Origin: Lentisphaeria bacterium
GTDB lineage: Bacteria > Verrucomicrobiota > Lentisphaeria > JABSQK01 > JAWLHB01
Length of the DNA stretch: 64,000 nt
Reading direction: 5' to 3'
Assembly (NCBI GenBank): GCA_041690595.1
Contig: JAWLHB010000005.1
Span: 1 to 64,000 of the forward strand
The number at the start of each line of letters is the position of its first letter. Positions within the stretch are counted from its first letter, which is position 1. The position numbers were made by a program, and so were the translations under genes. The notes under the pieces are model-generated. The model was not told the DNA's origin. It did not search any database and saw nothing but the letters and a program-made list of their open reading frames with translations. Positions 10,021 through 19,296 of this stretch are shown here, in pieces.

Positions 10021-13000
10021 GTGATGCAAAATCCCGTGGACCATGCCTATGCAAAGATAACAATGCTGGTTCTGGTGCTGGTTGCTTGGCTTGCCCCAGC
10101 CGCAGTTGCCAATGACGGCGGCGTGGCGGCTGCTGGAGCCGGGGCGGGCGTGTACAAACCTCAGCCCCGACCATTCACGGTGGAGACGAGTGGGGAGATC
10201 ATCCTGCGGGACACGCGCCGCAACAAGCTCCTGCCTGTTTATGCGACCTGGCCGAAAGGCGACGGACCGTTCCCGGTCATTGTCTACTCGCATGGGGCCT
10301 TCGGTTCGGGCGACATGGTCATGGGCGGGCTGCCAGCATACTGGTCGAGCTACGGCTACGTGTGCCTCATGCCAACGCACGGCGACTCCATGAAGCAGTT
10401 GCGGGCCCGTGGACTCGACCGCCGACAGGCGCTCGCGGCGGTCAGGCCATCGCCGGAGACCGGCTGGAGCCCCATCTGGAGTGAAAGACCGGCGGACATG
10501 ACTTTCCTCCTCGACGCCCTGGATCAGCTAGAGGAGAAGCTCCCGGCATTGCAGGGGAAGATGGACCGAAGTTGCATCGGCGCGGGCGGACATTCCCTCG
10601 GCGCATATACCGCTCAACTGGTCGGTGGGGCGACCGTGGACACGCCTGGCGGCAAGGCACAGAGCTTCACCGACAAGCGCGTATCGGCCATTCTGCTGCT
10701 CTCGGGTCAAGGCAGCGGCCAACAGGGCCTCGCCGGAGACTCGTGGAACAGCTTCTTGAAGCCATTGATGACGATGACGGGCTCGCAGGACCGTGGCGCG
10801 CAGCGGCAGGGGCCGGAGTGGAAACGGGAGCCGTTCGAGCGCAGTCCGGCCGCAAACAAGTACCACGTCTTCATCGAAGGCGCCCACCATGGTTCGTTCA
10901 ACGGGCGGATGCGCTCGGCCGCTCAGCAGCTGATCTTCGGCTATGTGCAGATGGCCACCCTGGCTTTTTGGGACGCGCATCTCAAGGATGATACGGCTGG
11001 CAAAGACTGGCTGCGGTCAGGCGCGCTGAACGAGGACAGCAAAGGTGCAGTTACGGTCTTCTGGAAGGATGCGGACGGCGAGATCGTATCCGCAAACATG
11101 GGACCGGCACGCGACCTTGCCGAACCCGTCGATTCGCAAGACGACGTTCCCGACAGCGTCAGCTCCACCGTGCCGCCGCAGGCTGGTCAAGCACGGGTGG
11201 GGTCCGACGATTCCCCCCGCCGGTTCCCCCGTCGCAGACAGCTGCCCGAGACCGGTACGGTCTTTGCAACCGGCGTGGACGAGGTGCGGGGCATCTACGT
11301 TCGTTTTCAGCAACTCGATCCCGTTTCGAAAACCGAAGACCTGACCTATGCGAAGGTCTATGCGCCCGCGGCTGCGGATGGCAAGCTGCCGGTGATTGTG
11401 GTGGTGCCGGGTGGCGGCGGCAGTGCTGACGCATTCAGGTGGGCCGGACAGAACCTGGCGCGCGCCGGCTACCTCGTCTTCTGCGTGCAGGTGGTGCCGC
11501 ACAATGGCGAAGGCGAGAACCCGATGTTCCCGGACCCGAACGCCTGGTCGTTCGTAGCCGCGGCCAGCGGAGCGATGGACGGCGCCGCTGACGAGAACCG
11601 CAACCCATGGCACCGCCTCGCCGACATGTCGCGGCTCGGCGTCACGGGCTTTTCCCAGGGGTCGCGCGCCATGTCCCATGCCGTGGCTTACGACAAGCGC
11701 ATCCGCGCCGCCGTCATCTACGACAACTTTCAGGTCAGCATCCGGGGCGACAACGGCAGTGCCACGATCGGGCGGTATCCGACGCCGCCGGAAGCAGATT
11801 GGATCAAGCCCCGCATCCCTGTACTCGGGATCGCTTCCGACCAGGGCAACTTCGCGGATCCCGACGTCAAGAAGACGGCATTCAATCACTATCGCGCCAA
11901 CGGCATCGACACCATGCTCCTGGTCATGGAAGGCTGGCGACATATGCGTGACTTCACCGAGGGCAGGCAGGGACTGGCAGAAGCCAACAAGCGTTTCCTG
12001 TCACACTACACCATCGCATGGTTCGACCACTACCTGAAAGGCATAGATCGACGGGAAGCGCTTCTCACCCGGAAACCGCCGGGTGCCGGGGACGGCGACC
12101 TGGCGGACATGCTCGATCAGCGCTACCGATCCGGCGTCTTCCTCAAGGGCATTATAGACACCGGGGATTGGCGTCAACATCTGAACGAACCGCAGGCAGC
12201 AGTTCCCGAGGACACGGCCCCGCGATTCTGGTGGGCGCAGGCCATCACCGGGCCCGCGGATGCCGCCACCACCGCGGGCCGTGGCCGCGGCATCATGCAG
12301 CTGCCCCGCATCGCCCGAGGCGTAAGTGCAGATGGAAATGGTGGCGTTTTCATTGCGGGTTCCTTCGAGCAGCGATGCACGCTCGGAGACATGATGCTCG
12401 AGAGCGCTGGCGCGGCGGACGTCCTGCTTGGGCGCATGGGGCCCGAAGGAAATCCTCGATGGTTCAAGAGCTTCGGTGCCAGCGGCGGGGACTACGCCTT
12501 CGATGTGGCGACCGACAGCGAAGGCGATGTCCTGGTCACCGGCATGTGTGCCGCGAAGACGCATTTCGACGACATCGTGCCGCGGATCGCAGGTAGAAGC
12601 GACGCCTTCACCGCGAAGTTCACGAAGGCAGGAAAGGTGCTCTGGGTTCAGACGGTCGGCGGGGCCGCGCTCGATGGCGGTAACGAAATTTGTGCCGACG
12701 CCAAGAACAACGCGCTCGTCATCGGCAATACCTACGGATCGATAACCGTTGGCGCCAAGGAGTTCCGGCACCGCGGCGGCATGGATGCCTTCGTCTTGAA
12801 GTACGCTGCCGACGGCACTCTGCTGTGGGCGCGTCAGCTCGCGGGAACGGGCAACGAGCAGGGACGCGGCCTTGCCGCGGCTCCGGACGGCAGCGTCCTG
12901 GTGACCGGGGAGTTCTCGGGCAGCATGGGATTGGGCGAGACCACCCTGGAGTCGGTGGGTGATGCCCGCGATATCTTTGTGGGCAAGTTCTCTGCCACAG

Positions 13001-13617
13001 GGGAACCGGTGTGGGCCCGGCGCTTCGGATCGACCGGCGAAGATTACGGACGGGGCATCGGCGCGGACGCCCGGGGCAACATCTACCTCTCCGGGGTGTT
13101 CAGCGGCAAGGTCAACTTCGAAGGGCAGCTTCTCGACAGTGGTCAGGGGAAGGGCATCTTCTTCATCAAACTCGATCCCCTTGGCCGTGTCCAATGGGCG
13201 CGGTCGATGTCAGGCGCAGCTTGGGCGGAAGGTGCCGAGATCGAGGTTGACAACCAGGGCCGCAGCTTCGTATCAGGGACCTTCGTGGGCACGCTCGGGA
13301 TCGGGGCCAGGAAGATCGGCGTACCAGGCAAGGCGGGCATGTTCGTCGCCTCTTTCGGCGCCGACGGCGAGTTGCTTTGGTTGAAAGAGCCCCGTGGCAA
13401 TGCCCGCAGCGCGAATTACGCCATTGCCCTGGACAACCAAGACCGCTTGACCGTCGTCGGTTCCTTTGCCGGACAGCTCGATTTCGACGGCCACCTGCTC
13501 GAATCCGGCGCCGACGAGGCCTGCTTCATCTCGCAACTGGAACTGGGACATCGGAGATCCTTGCGCGGTACCCCTTCGAGTCCGAGCAGTAACTCCGCGG
13601 TGCGGTCAGGTGATTGA
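10021..13617 (+). CDS. Secreted protein with two alpha/beta-hydrolase domains and a C-terminal SBBP-like beta-propeller
   Basis: Signal peptide; nucleophile elbows GHSLG and GFSQG with downstream Asp/His candidates; repeated D..GN....G.F.G / D.F..K....G...W propeller blades. Confidence 0.8.
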   Translation: MMQNPVDHAYAKITMLVLVLVAWLAPAAVANDGGVAAAGAGAGVYKPQPRPFTVETSGEIILRDTRRNKLLPVYATWPKGDGPFPVIVYSHGAFGSGDMVMGGLPAYWSSYGYVCLMPTHGDSMKQLRARGLDRRQALAAVRPSPETGWSPIWSERPADMTFLLDALDQLEEKLPALQGKMDRSCIGAGGHSLGAYTAQLVGGATVDTPGGKAQSFTDKRVSAILLLSGQGSGQQGLAGDSWNSFLKPLMTMTGSQDRGAQRQGPEWKREPFERSPAANKYHVFIEGAHHGSFNGRMRSAAQQLIFGYVQMATLAFWDAHLKDDTAGKDWLRSGALNEDSKGAVTVFWKDADGEIVSANMGPARDLAEPVDSQDDVPDSVSSTVPPQAGQARVGSDDSPRRFPRRRQLPETGTVFATGVDEVRGIYVRFQQLDPVSKTEDLTYAKVYAPAAADGKLPVIVVVPGGGGSADAFRWAGQNLARAGYLVFCVQVVPHNGEGENPMFPDPNAWSFVAAASGAMDGAADENRNPWHRLADMSRLGVTGFSQGSRAMSHAVAYDKRIRAAVIYDNFQVSIRGDNGSATIGRYPTPPEADWIKPRIPVLGIASDQGNFADPDVKKTAFNHYRANGIDTMLLVMEGWRHMRDFTEGRQGLAEANKRFLSHYTIAWFDHYLKGIDRREALLTRKPPGAGDGDLADMLDQRYRSGVFLKGIIDTGDWRQHLNEPQAAVPEDTAPRFWWAQAITGPADAATTAGRGRGIMQLPRIARGVSADGNGGVFIAGSFEQRCTLGDMMLESAGAADVLLGRMGPEGNPRWFKSFGASGGDYAFDVATDSEGDVLVTGMCAAKTHFDDIVPRIAGRSDAFTAKFTKAGKVLWVQTVGGAALDGGNEICADAKNNALVIGNTYGSITVGAKEFRHRGGMDAFVLKYAADGTLLWARQLAGTGNEQGRGLAAAPDGSVLVTGEFSGSMGLGETTLESVGDARDIFVGKFSATGEPVWARRFGSTGEDYGRGIGADARGNIYLSGVFSGKVNFEGQLLDSGQGKGIFFIKLDPLGRVQWARSMSGAAWAEGAEIEVDNQGRSFVSGTFVGTLGIGARKIGVPGKAGMFVASFGADGELLWLKEPRGNARSANYAIALDNQDRLTVVGSFAGQLDFDGHLLESGADEACFISQLELGHRRSLRGTPSSPSSNSAVRSGD

Positions 13618-13702
13618 GCAGGTGGATGACTTTCTCCAGCACCTCCGGGCGAAAGCCGGTTGCCTCGGACTCATTCATCAGACGTTCACGGGAGAGTCTC
13701 AT
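13526..13702 (-). pseudogene. abiEii: Second truncated AbiEii toxin remnant
   Basis: ATGA-coupled to the antitoxin; MRLSRERLMNESEATGFRPEVLEKVIHLL resembles AbiEii N-termini (GF....LEK), but similarity ends near 13613, before the KGGTA nucleotidyltransferase motif. Confidence 0.7.
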
Positions 13703-14499
13703 ATTTCGCCCTCCCACGACCGGGTCAGCACCTGTTCCGGCACGATCAGGTTCCAGTCGGCGACCAGGCGACCGGGTGCGCTTCGATCCATGTAGTGCGG
13801 CTGGCGCGAGCGGGCTTTTCGCAGCCTGTCGAGTTGGCTGTCCTCCGCCATCAACTGCTCCTGGTGCTGTTCGAGAAAGAAGCCGACCTTCGCGGCGGTC
13901 GTGGCATTCCGCAGGAGCAACGCATAGTCCACCACCTGTTGGATGTCGTAGTATTCCACTGATTCGGCGGAACGCCAGATCTCCTCCCAGCCGCCCCCGA
14001 GGTCCGGGCGGTCGAGCACGTCGACCAGCGACCGTTCCAGTGACGCGACACGTACATCTTGACCAAGCCGGTCAACCGTCTCGATGCTGAACTGCTCCTG
14101 GTCTGTCTCCCGTATTGCCTTCGGCGGGGAGACGCGACGGAAGCTGCAGCCTCGGAACTCCTTGGCCCGCACGGACCGGCTACTGACGAACACGTACTCG
14201 CTGGACACCGTGTATGCACGTCCGTGGAACTGGAACGCCGAGTGGTAGGCGATTGCGGCATCCTCGGTCAGCTTCGCGGCGACCAGCCAAGGGTCGGGTA
14301 CGAAGGAAGCCGGATCGCTCCCGGCGGGCACACTGGCATAGAGACCCCGCTGGATCTGGATCACATGCCCGGCACGGACATGATGGGCCAGCCGTGCGTT
14401 GACGGCACTTTGGTCAGTGGAGTAATCCGCCTGAAGCGTATCCTTCAACTCATCCCGCGTGAAAACGGGGTGTTTCGCCAAGAATGTCCGCATGTCCAT
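13699..14499 (-). CDS. abiEi: Type IV TA antitoxin AbiEi-family transcriptional regulator
   Basis: HPVFT, QIQRGLYA wHTH, IAYHSA..HG, SLERSLVDVLDRPDLGGG, WNLIVP; start placed at MDMRTF. Confidence 0.85.
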   Translation of the reverse strand: MDMRTFLAKHPVFTRDELKDTLQADYSTDQSAVNARLAHHVRAGHVIQIQRGLYASVPAGSDPASFVPDPWLVAAKLTEDAAIAYHSAFQFHGRAYTVSSEYVFVSSRSVRAKEFRGCSFRRVSPPKAIRETDQEQFSIETVDRLGQDVRVASLERSLVDVLDRPDLGGGWEEIWRSAESVEYYDIQQVVDYALLLRNATTAAKVGFFLEQHQEQLMAEDSQLDRLRKARSRQPHYMDRSAPGRLVADWNLIVPEQVLTRSWEGEI

Positions 14500-15014
14500 C
14501 GGTATAACCCTGACTTGATGATATCTGCGCCAACTGTAGGAAAACATAACACTTGAGGCGCTTGTCATCAAGTCGAACTGCCGTTCAGCCGGGGCACGGT
14601 TCGGCAACGCCGGAATGCGGTGGGGCCGGATTTTGCCGTTTTTCCGGTCGAACACGGCATAGAGAATGGTGAACGGCGTTGCGGGCCACCTGTCGTGCTC
14701 GTGCGTGGAGGGCTCCGACGTCGGGATGATGCGGGGGTGTCAGAAGCCAGCGTTAAGCAGACCGCGGGCGGGATGGGGGGAATGGGGCGAACCGCTGATT
14801 CTTGGGGGGAGAGAGCCGGGAATAGAGTTTTCCGGGCCGTAGAAACGGAGAGTCAACTGAGAGTCCGAGCGAGAGAAGGCGGTTCCAGGGCAGGGGTGCG
14901 CCCTGAACGAGGGGGCGGATAGAGTGCGGAGGCGGTCACCGTTGGCCGTCATGTCGTCGCCGCCGGAGTCGCAAATGCCTTTGGGACAGCGGGATTTGCG
15001 TGCCAGGAAACGAA

Positions 15015-15067
15015 ACAGCCCCCGCGAACGGGGGCTGTAAACGAAAAGGCCCCGATGTCTCGGGGCC
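15015..15067 (-). terminator. Tandem rho-independent terminators at the end of the defence operon
   Basis: Perfect hairpins ACAGCCCCCG-CGAA-CGGGGGCTGT (15015-15038) and GGCCCCGA-TGTC-TCGGGGCC (15048-15067), each followed by a T-rich tract on the minus strand. Confidence 0.7.
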
Positions 15068-15289
15068 GAAAGGAAATGGCTCCGGACTTTTTCTCGGCGT
15101 CGTAGATTGCCAAAGAGTGAACGGTAGCAGGGATCGGAGCGGTTTCCGTCCTTTCCCATGCGAATCCTCGCCAGCCTCCGACCTTTCCCACCAGGACAAC
15201 TCTCGAACCGGGTCACTCTGTGACCGCCGGGGGTCTGCGCGGCTTTGAGCCAGGCCAGCGCCGGGCGCTTAACGCTCTCCACACCGAGG

Positions 15290-17524
15290 TCATGTGGCCG
15301 GGGCAGTCTCACTATCGTCCTCAACCATAGCCTGGATCTCGACCAGCAAACGCTCTTCGGTAGACGTCAGACTGAACTCGTACTCGCGCAACGCCCGGCG
15401 TCGTTCTTCTCCAGTTGGCAGAGGCATGTCGAGTGCTCTTAACGCTGACGTGACGTCATGGGCTTGTCGTTCCAGCATGTCTTGGGGTTGAGGGTTGCCA
15501 CTCTTCTCGATGGTAACCCGGGCGAGTTGCGCCATGAGCAGAGACACGCACAGATGGCCGGGCACGTTGGCCTCACTCAGCCGTTCCCGCAACAGGTCCA
15601 TGTCGCTTTCGTAATTCCGCGTCAGGATCGGGAGATAGCCGATGTCCTCGTGGTCGTCCCCATCCTGGTCGCGCCATCGCTTCACACGCAGTGTTGTATT
15701 GAGGTTTTCGATGATCAGCCCCACGGCCATGGGCGCTTTGACCAGCCCCCTAACGTAGTACTCGAACACCCGGCTGTTGACCGCCACGAAGATGTCTATG
15801 TAGTTCCGCAACCCATAGATATTGCCCTTGCGCACATGGCGTTCGAGTCTCTGGTTGCGGTGCCGTTCCGCGAAATCCTGGACGGCCTTCTGGACCATCT
15901 GCTGATCTGCCTCAGATGGCTGTTCCGGCACTTCCTGCTGGGGGTCGTCAGACCGGAAAGGATCACGCTTCCGGGGAATGCCACGATGTCGCCCGAAGAA
16001 CTGACGGGGCTGGTCACTGAAATGGATTGTGTGCTCGCGCAACCAGCGCACCAGGCCCTCGAGACCGTCTTCCTCTTCTATCTCTGCCAACAAGAAGGCA
16101 AGTCCACGACCGCTCTCAATGACCTCACGCTCCGTCTTTGTGCGTTGGTCTCCTTCCCCCGGCACATGAGTAAGAGCGTCCTGCTGCACGAGCCAAGTCC
16201 GGTGACTCATCACGCGTGCGCCGTCAACCGTCGTGCAGAGCTCGCACGCGACGGCGTGACGCATTTCCGATGAGTCGGCTACGGTGAGCGTGGCCTGGCC
16301 TCGTTTCTTGGCCGGTACGCTCATAGGCGGCAGCGGGTCAATGCGCCCGGATGGGTATAGGCGAAGGGTCACATCGCAGCCCAAGAGGTCGTCGTCCATT
16401 CCGTATTCAATCTTGATCTTCCCGCCCGATTCAAGAACCGCTTCGCTCAGGTAGAGCCTGCCGCCCTCTGTGTGCGGTTCCGGCGTCGGGGGCTCTTCCG
16501 TACCTGGGACGAAGTCTCCAGGGGCTATCGCGACGAGCTTGAGTTCGTCATCGAACAGCAGATCGTCAACGCTCTCTCCGGTGTCCCATACGAAGCAGAC
16601 CTCAACGTTGATCCCATCCCAAGCCTCGCGCGTGAAGTTCGCACTGCCTGCCACGATGATGGTTCGCGCAGTCGTCTCGATGACCACCATCTTTGCATGC
16701 AGCCGCCGCTCCTGATGTCCACTCAAGGCAAAGAGTGCCGGTTGGGGCGTGATTCCTGCCAGCACGTGTGTTGGGAGATTGCTCGTATGCTGCTGGGCTG
16801 CGATGCGGAATTCGCAGTCAGGCCATGCGCGCTGCATGGTCTTGAGCACTGCCAGTTCGCGGTCGAAGAATGGCGAGAGCGCCGTGACGCGCTTCACCTC
16901 TTCGTCGCCGATACGGCTCTGGATCGCGTCCCAGAGCGGCTTGTCCAGATTGTGATGCAACTGCAGGTTGCCATCGATTCTACGCTGTCGCCTGGCGACT
17001 TGCAGCCAAGGGAGGGACTCCTTCAGGTCATCCACCCATTCCCTCGCCAGGGCTGCACTTCGGCGTTCACTTGCCGCCAAGGCGGTTTCAAAGAAGGCCA
17101 GTGCCTGTTGTGCCAGCGCAACGCTGGGAGGGGGCCTCTCCCCATCCTCAAGCTGAAACTGAACCGAGTTGAGCATTTCCAGGTTGTGCGTGCATCCAGG
17201 CTGGGTGAGATTGCAGCTCCCGCAGAAGACCATGGCGGCCTTCGTGGAAGCCAACAGGTGCAGCTTGGGATGGAACACGCCGGTCCTGCGGAAGATGGGA
17301 ACGAGAAGATAACGATGGTTCAGATGCCGCGTCGGCTCCCCGTCCTTCTGCAATTGCCGGTACTGATTCCCGTCCATCAGCACGACGATCCGCGTGGCAC
17401 TGGCCAGCGCGCGGGAGTTCAGCAGGCTCCGTTCGAAGTAGGTCGGCTGGAACGCGTATGTCGAGAAGAGCGCGATCTCCGCCGGGCATCGGTCCAGGAG
17501 TGTGCGGAAATCGGCGCTCCTCAT
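15290..17524 (-). CDS. Phospholipase D-superfamily protein (two HxK motifs), putative nuclease
   Basis: FHPKLHL...GSCNLT and LHAKMV...GSANFT, plus SPFFD; ATGA overlap with the upstream gene. Confidence 0.8.
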   Translation of the reverse strand: MRSADFRTLLDRCPAEIALFSTYAFQPTYFERSLLNSRALASATRIVVLMDGNQYRQLQKDGEPTRHLNHRYLLVPIFRRTGVFHPKLHLLASTKAAMVFCGSCNLTQPGCTHNLEMLNSVQFQLEDGERPPPSVALAQQALAFFETALAASERRSAALAREWVDDLKESLPWLQVARRQRRIDGNLQLHHNLDKPLWDAIQSRIGDEEVKRVTALSPFFDRELAVLKTMQRAWPDCEFRIAAQQHTSNLPTHVLAGITPQPALFALSGHQERRLHAKMVVIETTARTIIVAGSANFTREAWDGINVEVCFVWDTGESVDDLLFDDELKLVAIAPGDFVPGTEEPPTPEPHTEGGRLYLSEAVLESGGKIKIEYGMDDDLLGCDVTLRLYPSGRIDPLPPMSVPAKKRGQATLTVADSSEMRHAVACELCTTVDGARVMSHRTWLVQQDALTHVPGEGDQRTKTEREVIESGRGLAFLLAEIEEEDGLEGLVRWLREHTIHFSDQPRQFFGRHRGIPRKRDPFRSDDPQQEVPEQPSEADQQMVQKAVQDFAERHRNQRLERHVRKGNIYGLRNYIDIFVAVNSRVFEYYVRGLVKAPMAVGLIIENLNTTLRVKRWRDQDGDDHEDIGYLPILTRNYESDMDLLRERLSEANVPGHLCVSLLMAQLARVTIEKSGNPQPQDMLERQAHDVTSALRALDMPLPTGEERRRALREYEFSLTSTEERLLVEIQAMVEDDSETAPAT

Positions 17525-19296
17525 GGTTCCGCCTCCATCGCGGCAAGCTCACGTTCGAGGCATTCAATCCCATCCGCCGTAAGCGCCAGAATGCCGTCCT
17601 CCTGCTTTTGCATCCATCCGAGGTCTAGGAGTACCTGGATGGCACTGCGGAACCGGGGGTTCGTCACGCCAATGGCATCGTACGGGATGCCGCGTCCTAT
17701 GATCCGCCCGCGCTCCGTGTGGAACAGGATCTTCCCGCCGGAGCGGCTCTTGTCATAGGCCAGCGTCTCGTGTTGCCGAACGACGAATCGCTGAATCAGT
17801 CGTTTCCCCAGTTCGCGGAAGGGAACGCCCAACCAGTTGTCGTAGTGCGTGACGAGATCCTGCAGGACCAGGGGCACGGTGATGTCTTCGGACGCATCGT
17901 AGACGTTGTTCAGCAGCCAATCCGACTGGGGCTGGTCTCGCCAACCCGCAAACCGAGCCGTGACGACCGCCGACAATAGCAGAGATAACGCGATTCCCTC
18001 TGGGGTGTGAAGAATGTTCCGGTCGCGAAGCAGCGACTCGATTCCTGTCTCGGAGAGCGCATGACCAAGCCTGGCCAGCACGTCGAGGGAATCGTTCCAC
18101 TCGGGATGCGTGCCATCGGTCGCAATGCCGACGGCATGCGCAACGTCGGCCAGTGAAAGATCGATGAACAAGCCCGACAACTGACAACCCAAGTGCTCGC
18201 TCAGTCTCTCGGCGACATGACGACTGTCGAGAGGACTGATCAGGTCGTCCAGTGTGAAGCCGCCGAGTCCCGCATCGAGACCCTCGCGGACGACGCTCAC
18301 AAACAGCCCTTCCAGCGCCACCGACAGGTAGTAGTGGGCATGGAACAACCGCCACCTCCTGACGATGTCGTCCAGTGCTGCGGGCCACTCGATGTCAATG
18401 ACCGTTCCGTCGGGGCCATACGCCTGATTGAAGTAGGTTGTCGTGGCGAACGTAACCTCGTCCAGGATGATCTCCTGCGAGGCCAATCCGGATGCGAGAA
18501 ACAGGAATGCGATAATTGAGTCGTGCCGGAACCGGTGCGAATTGCGGCTGTTGCCGCCGACCCTCAAGAACATCGTCCGCAGCTCCTGCAACTCCGGCGC
18601 ACGTCCCGCAGCCAGGGCGCACAGCCCGGCCGCCTTGCCCCACCCGTCCAGTTCCTCAGGTGTCACTTCAGGACGAGACCGGGTAACGGCCGAGGCAACA
18701 GACGCTCCCGACACTGCCGTCCCGAAGAGTCGAGCCAACTCCGCGCCCGCCGGGGAAAGCAACAGGTCGTCTTCGGTGAGTTGCTCCGCGTCAGGGGATT
18801 TATCTGTCTCCTCATCTTCAGCGCCATCAGCCTCGGGTGCTGCACCGGCGAACAGGTCCAATCCTGCCAGCGATCCCTTGTAGGCATCCCAGGCCAGGTT
18901 CTTGCTCAGCTCAACCTTGTCGAGCCGCAGTGCATCCCCAGCGTTCGCCGCGACGACGTGCGCCGCTTCGCGTGATCCGATCAAGCCTCCCCCTTCACAG
19001 GGCTGGCCGCCATGGTCGAATGCACACCCAAGAGTCAGGGCGCGTTCACGAAGAAGGAGTGCCATCCGGAGACCGCCGTCGAGTGCGGTGCCTTTGACGC
19101 GGTCGAGGTAGTCCGCCACACACCAGGTCAGGAAGGAGTAGTAACGAGCCCGCGGGGTGATGGAGGTGATGCAGTAGAGAAGCTGGGCACCCAGCCGTGC
19201 CCCGACCCGCAGGTTCAACCCCAATGGGTCCTGCTCGGACGGGTTGGCCGTCTTCTCGCTCCAGTGGAGTAGAACTGTATCACCAGACTCAGCCAT
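17521..19296 (-). CDS. Hypothetical defence-associated protein with DPLG...TSITPRARYYSF motif (possibly DUF6361-related)
   Basis: 591 aa; N-terminal QDPLGL and ITSITPRARYYSF; C-terminal wHTH-like RFRSAIQVLLDLGW...LTADG; overlaps both neighbours. Confidence 0.6.
   Translation of the reverse strand: MAESGDTVLLHWSEKTANPSEQDPLGLNLRVGARLGAQLLYCITSITPRARYYSFLTWCVADYLDRVKGTALDGGLRMALLLRERALTLGCAFDHGGQPCEGGGLIGSREAAHVVAANAGDALRLDKVELSKNLAWDAYKGSLAGLDLFAGAAPEADGAEDEETDKSPDAEQLTEDDLLLSPAGAELARLFGTAVSGASVASAVTRSRPEVTPEELDGWGKAAGLCALAAGRAPELQELRTMFLRVGGNSRNSHRFRHDSIIAFLFLASGLASQEIILDEVTFATTTYFNQAYGPDGTVIDIEWPAALDDIVRRWRLFHAHYYLSVALEGLFVSVVREGLDAGLGGFTLDDLISPLDSRHVAERLSEHLGCQLSGLFIDLSLADVAHAVGIATDGTHPEWNDSLDVLARLGHALSETGIESLLRDRNILHTPEGIALSLLLSAVVTARFAGWRDQPQSDWLLNNVYDASEDITVPLVLQDLVTHYDNWLGVPFRELGKRLIQRFVVRQHETLAYDKSRSGGKILFHTERGRIIGRGIPYDAIGVTNPRFRSAIQVLLDLGWMQKQEDGILALTADGIECLERELAAMEAEP

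Noticed and set aside
15077..15210. Intact tRNA gene
   Set aside because: Only separated T-arm-like and CCA-end-like fragments; no cloverleaf could be built by eye.
14740..15324. 194-aa minus-strand ORF as a real gene or recombinase fragment
   Set aside because: It runs through terminator hairpins and has no recognisable domain or RBS.
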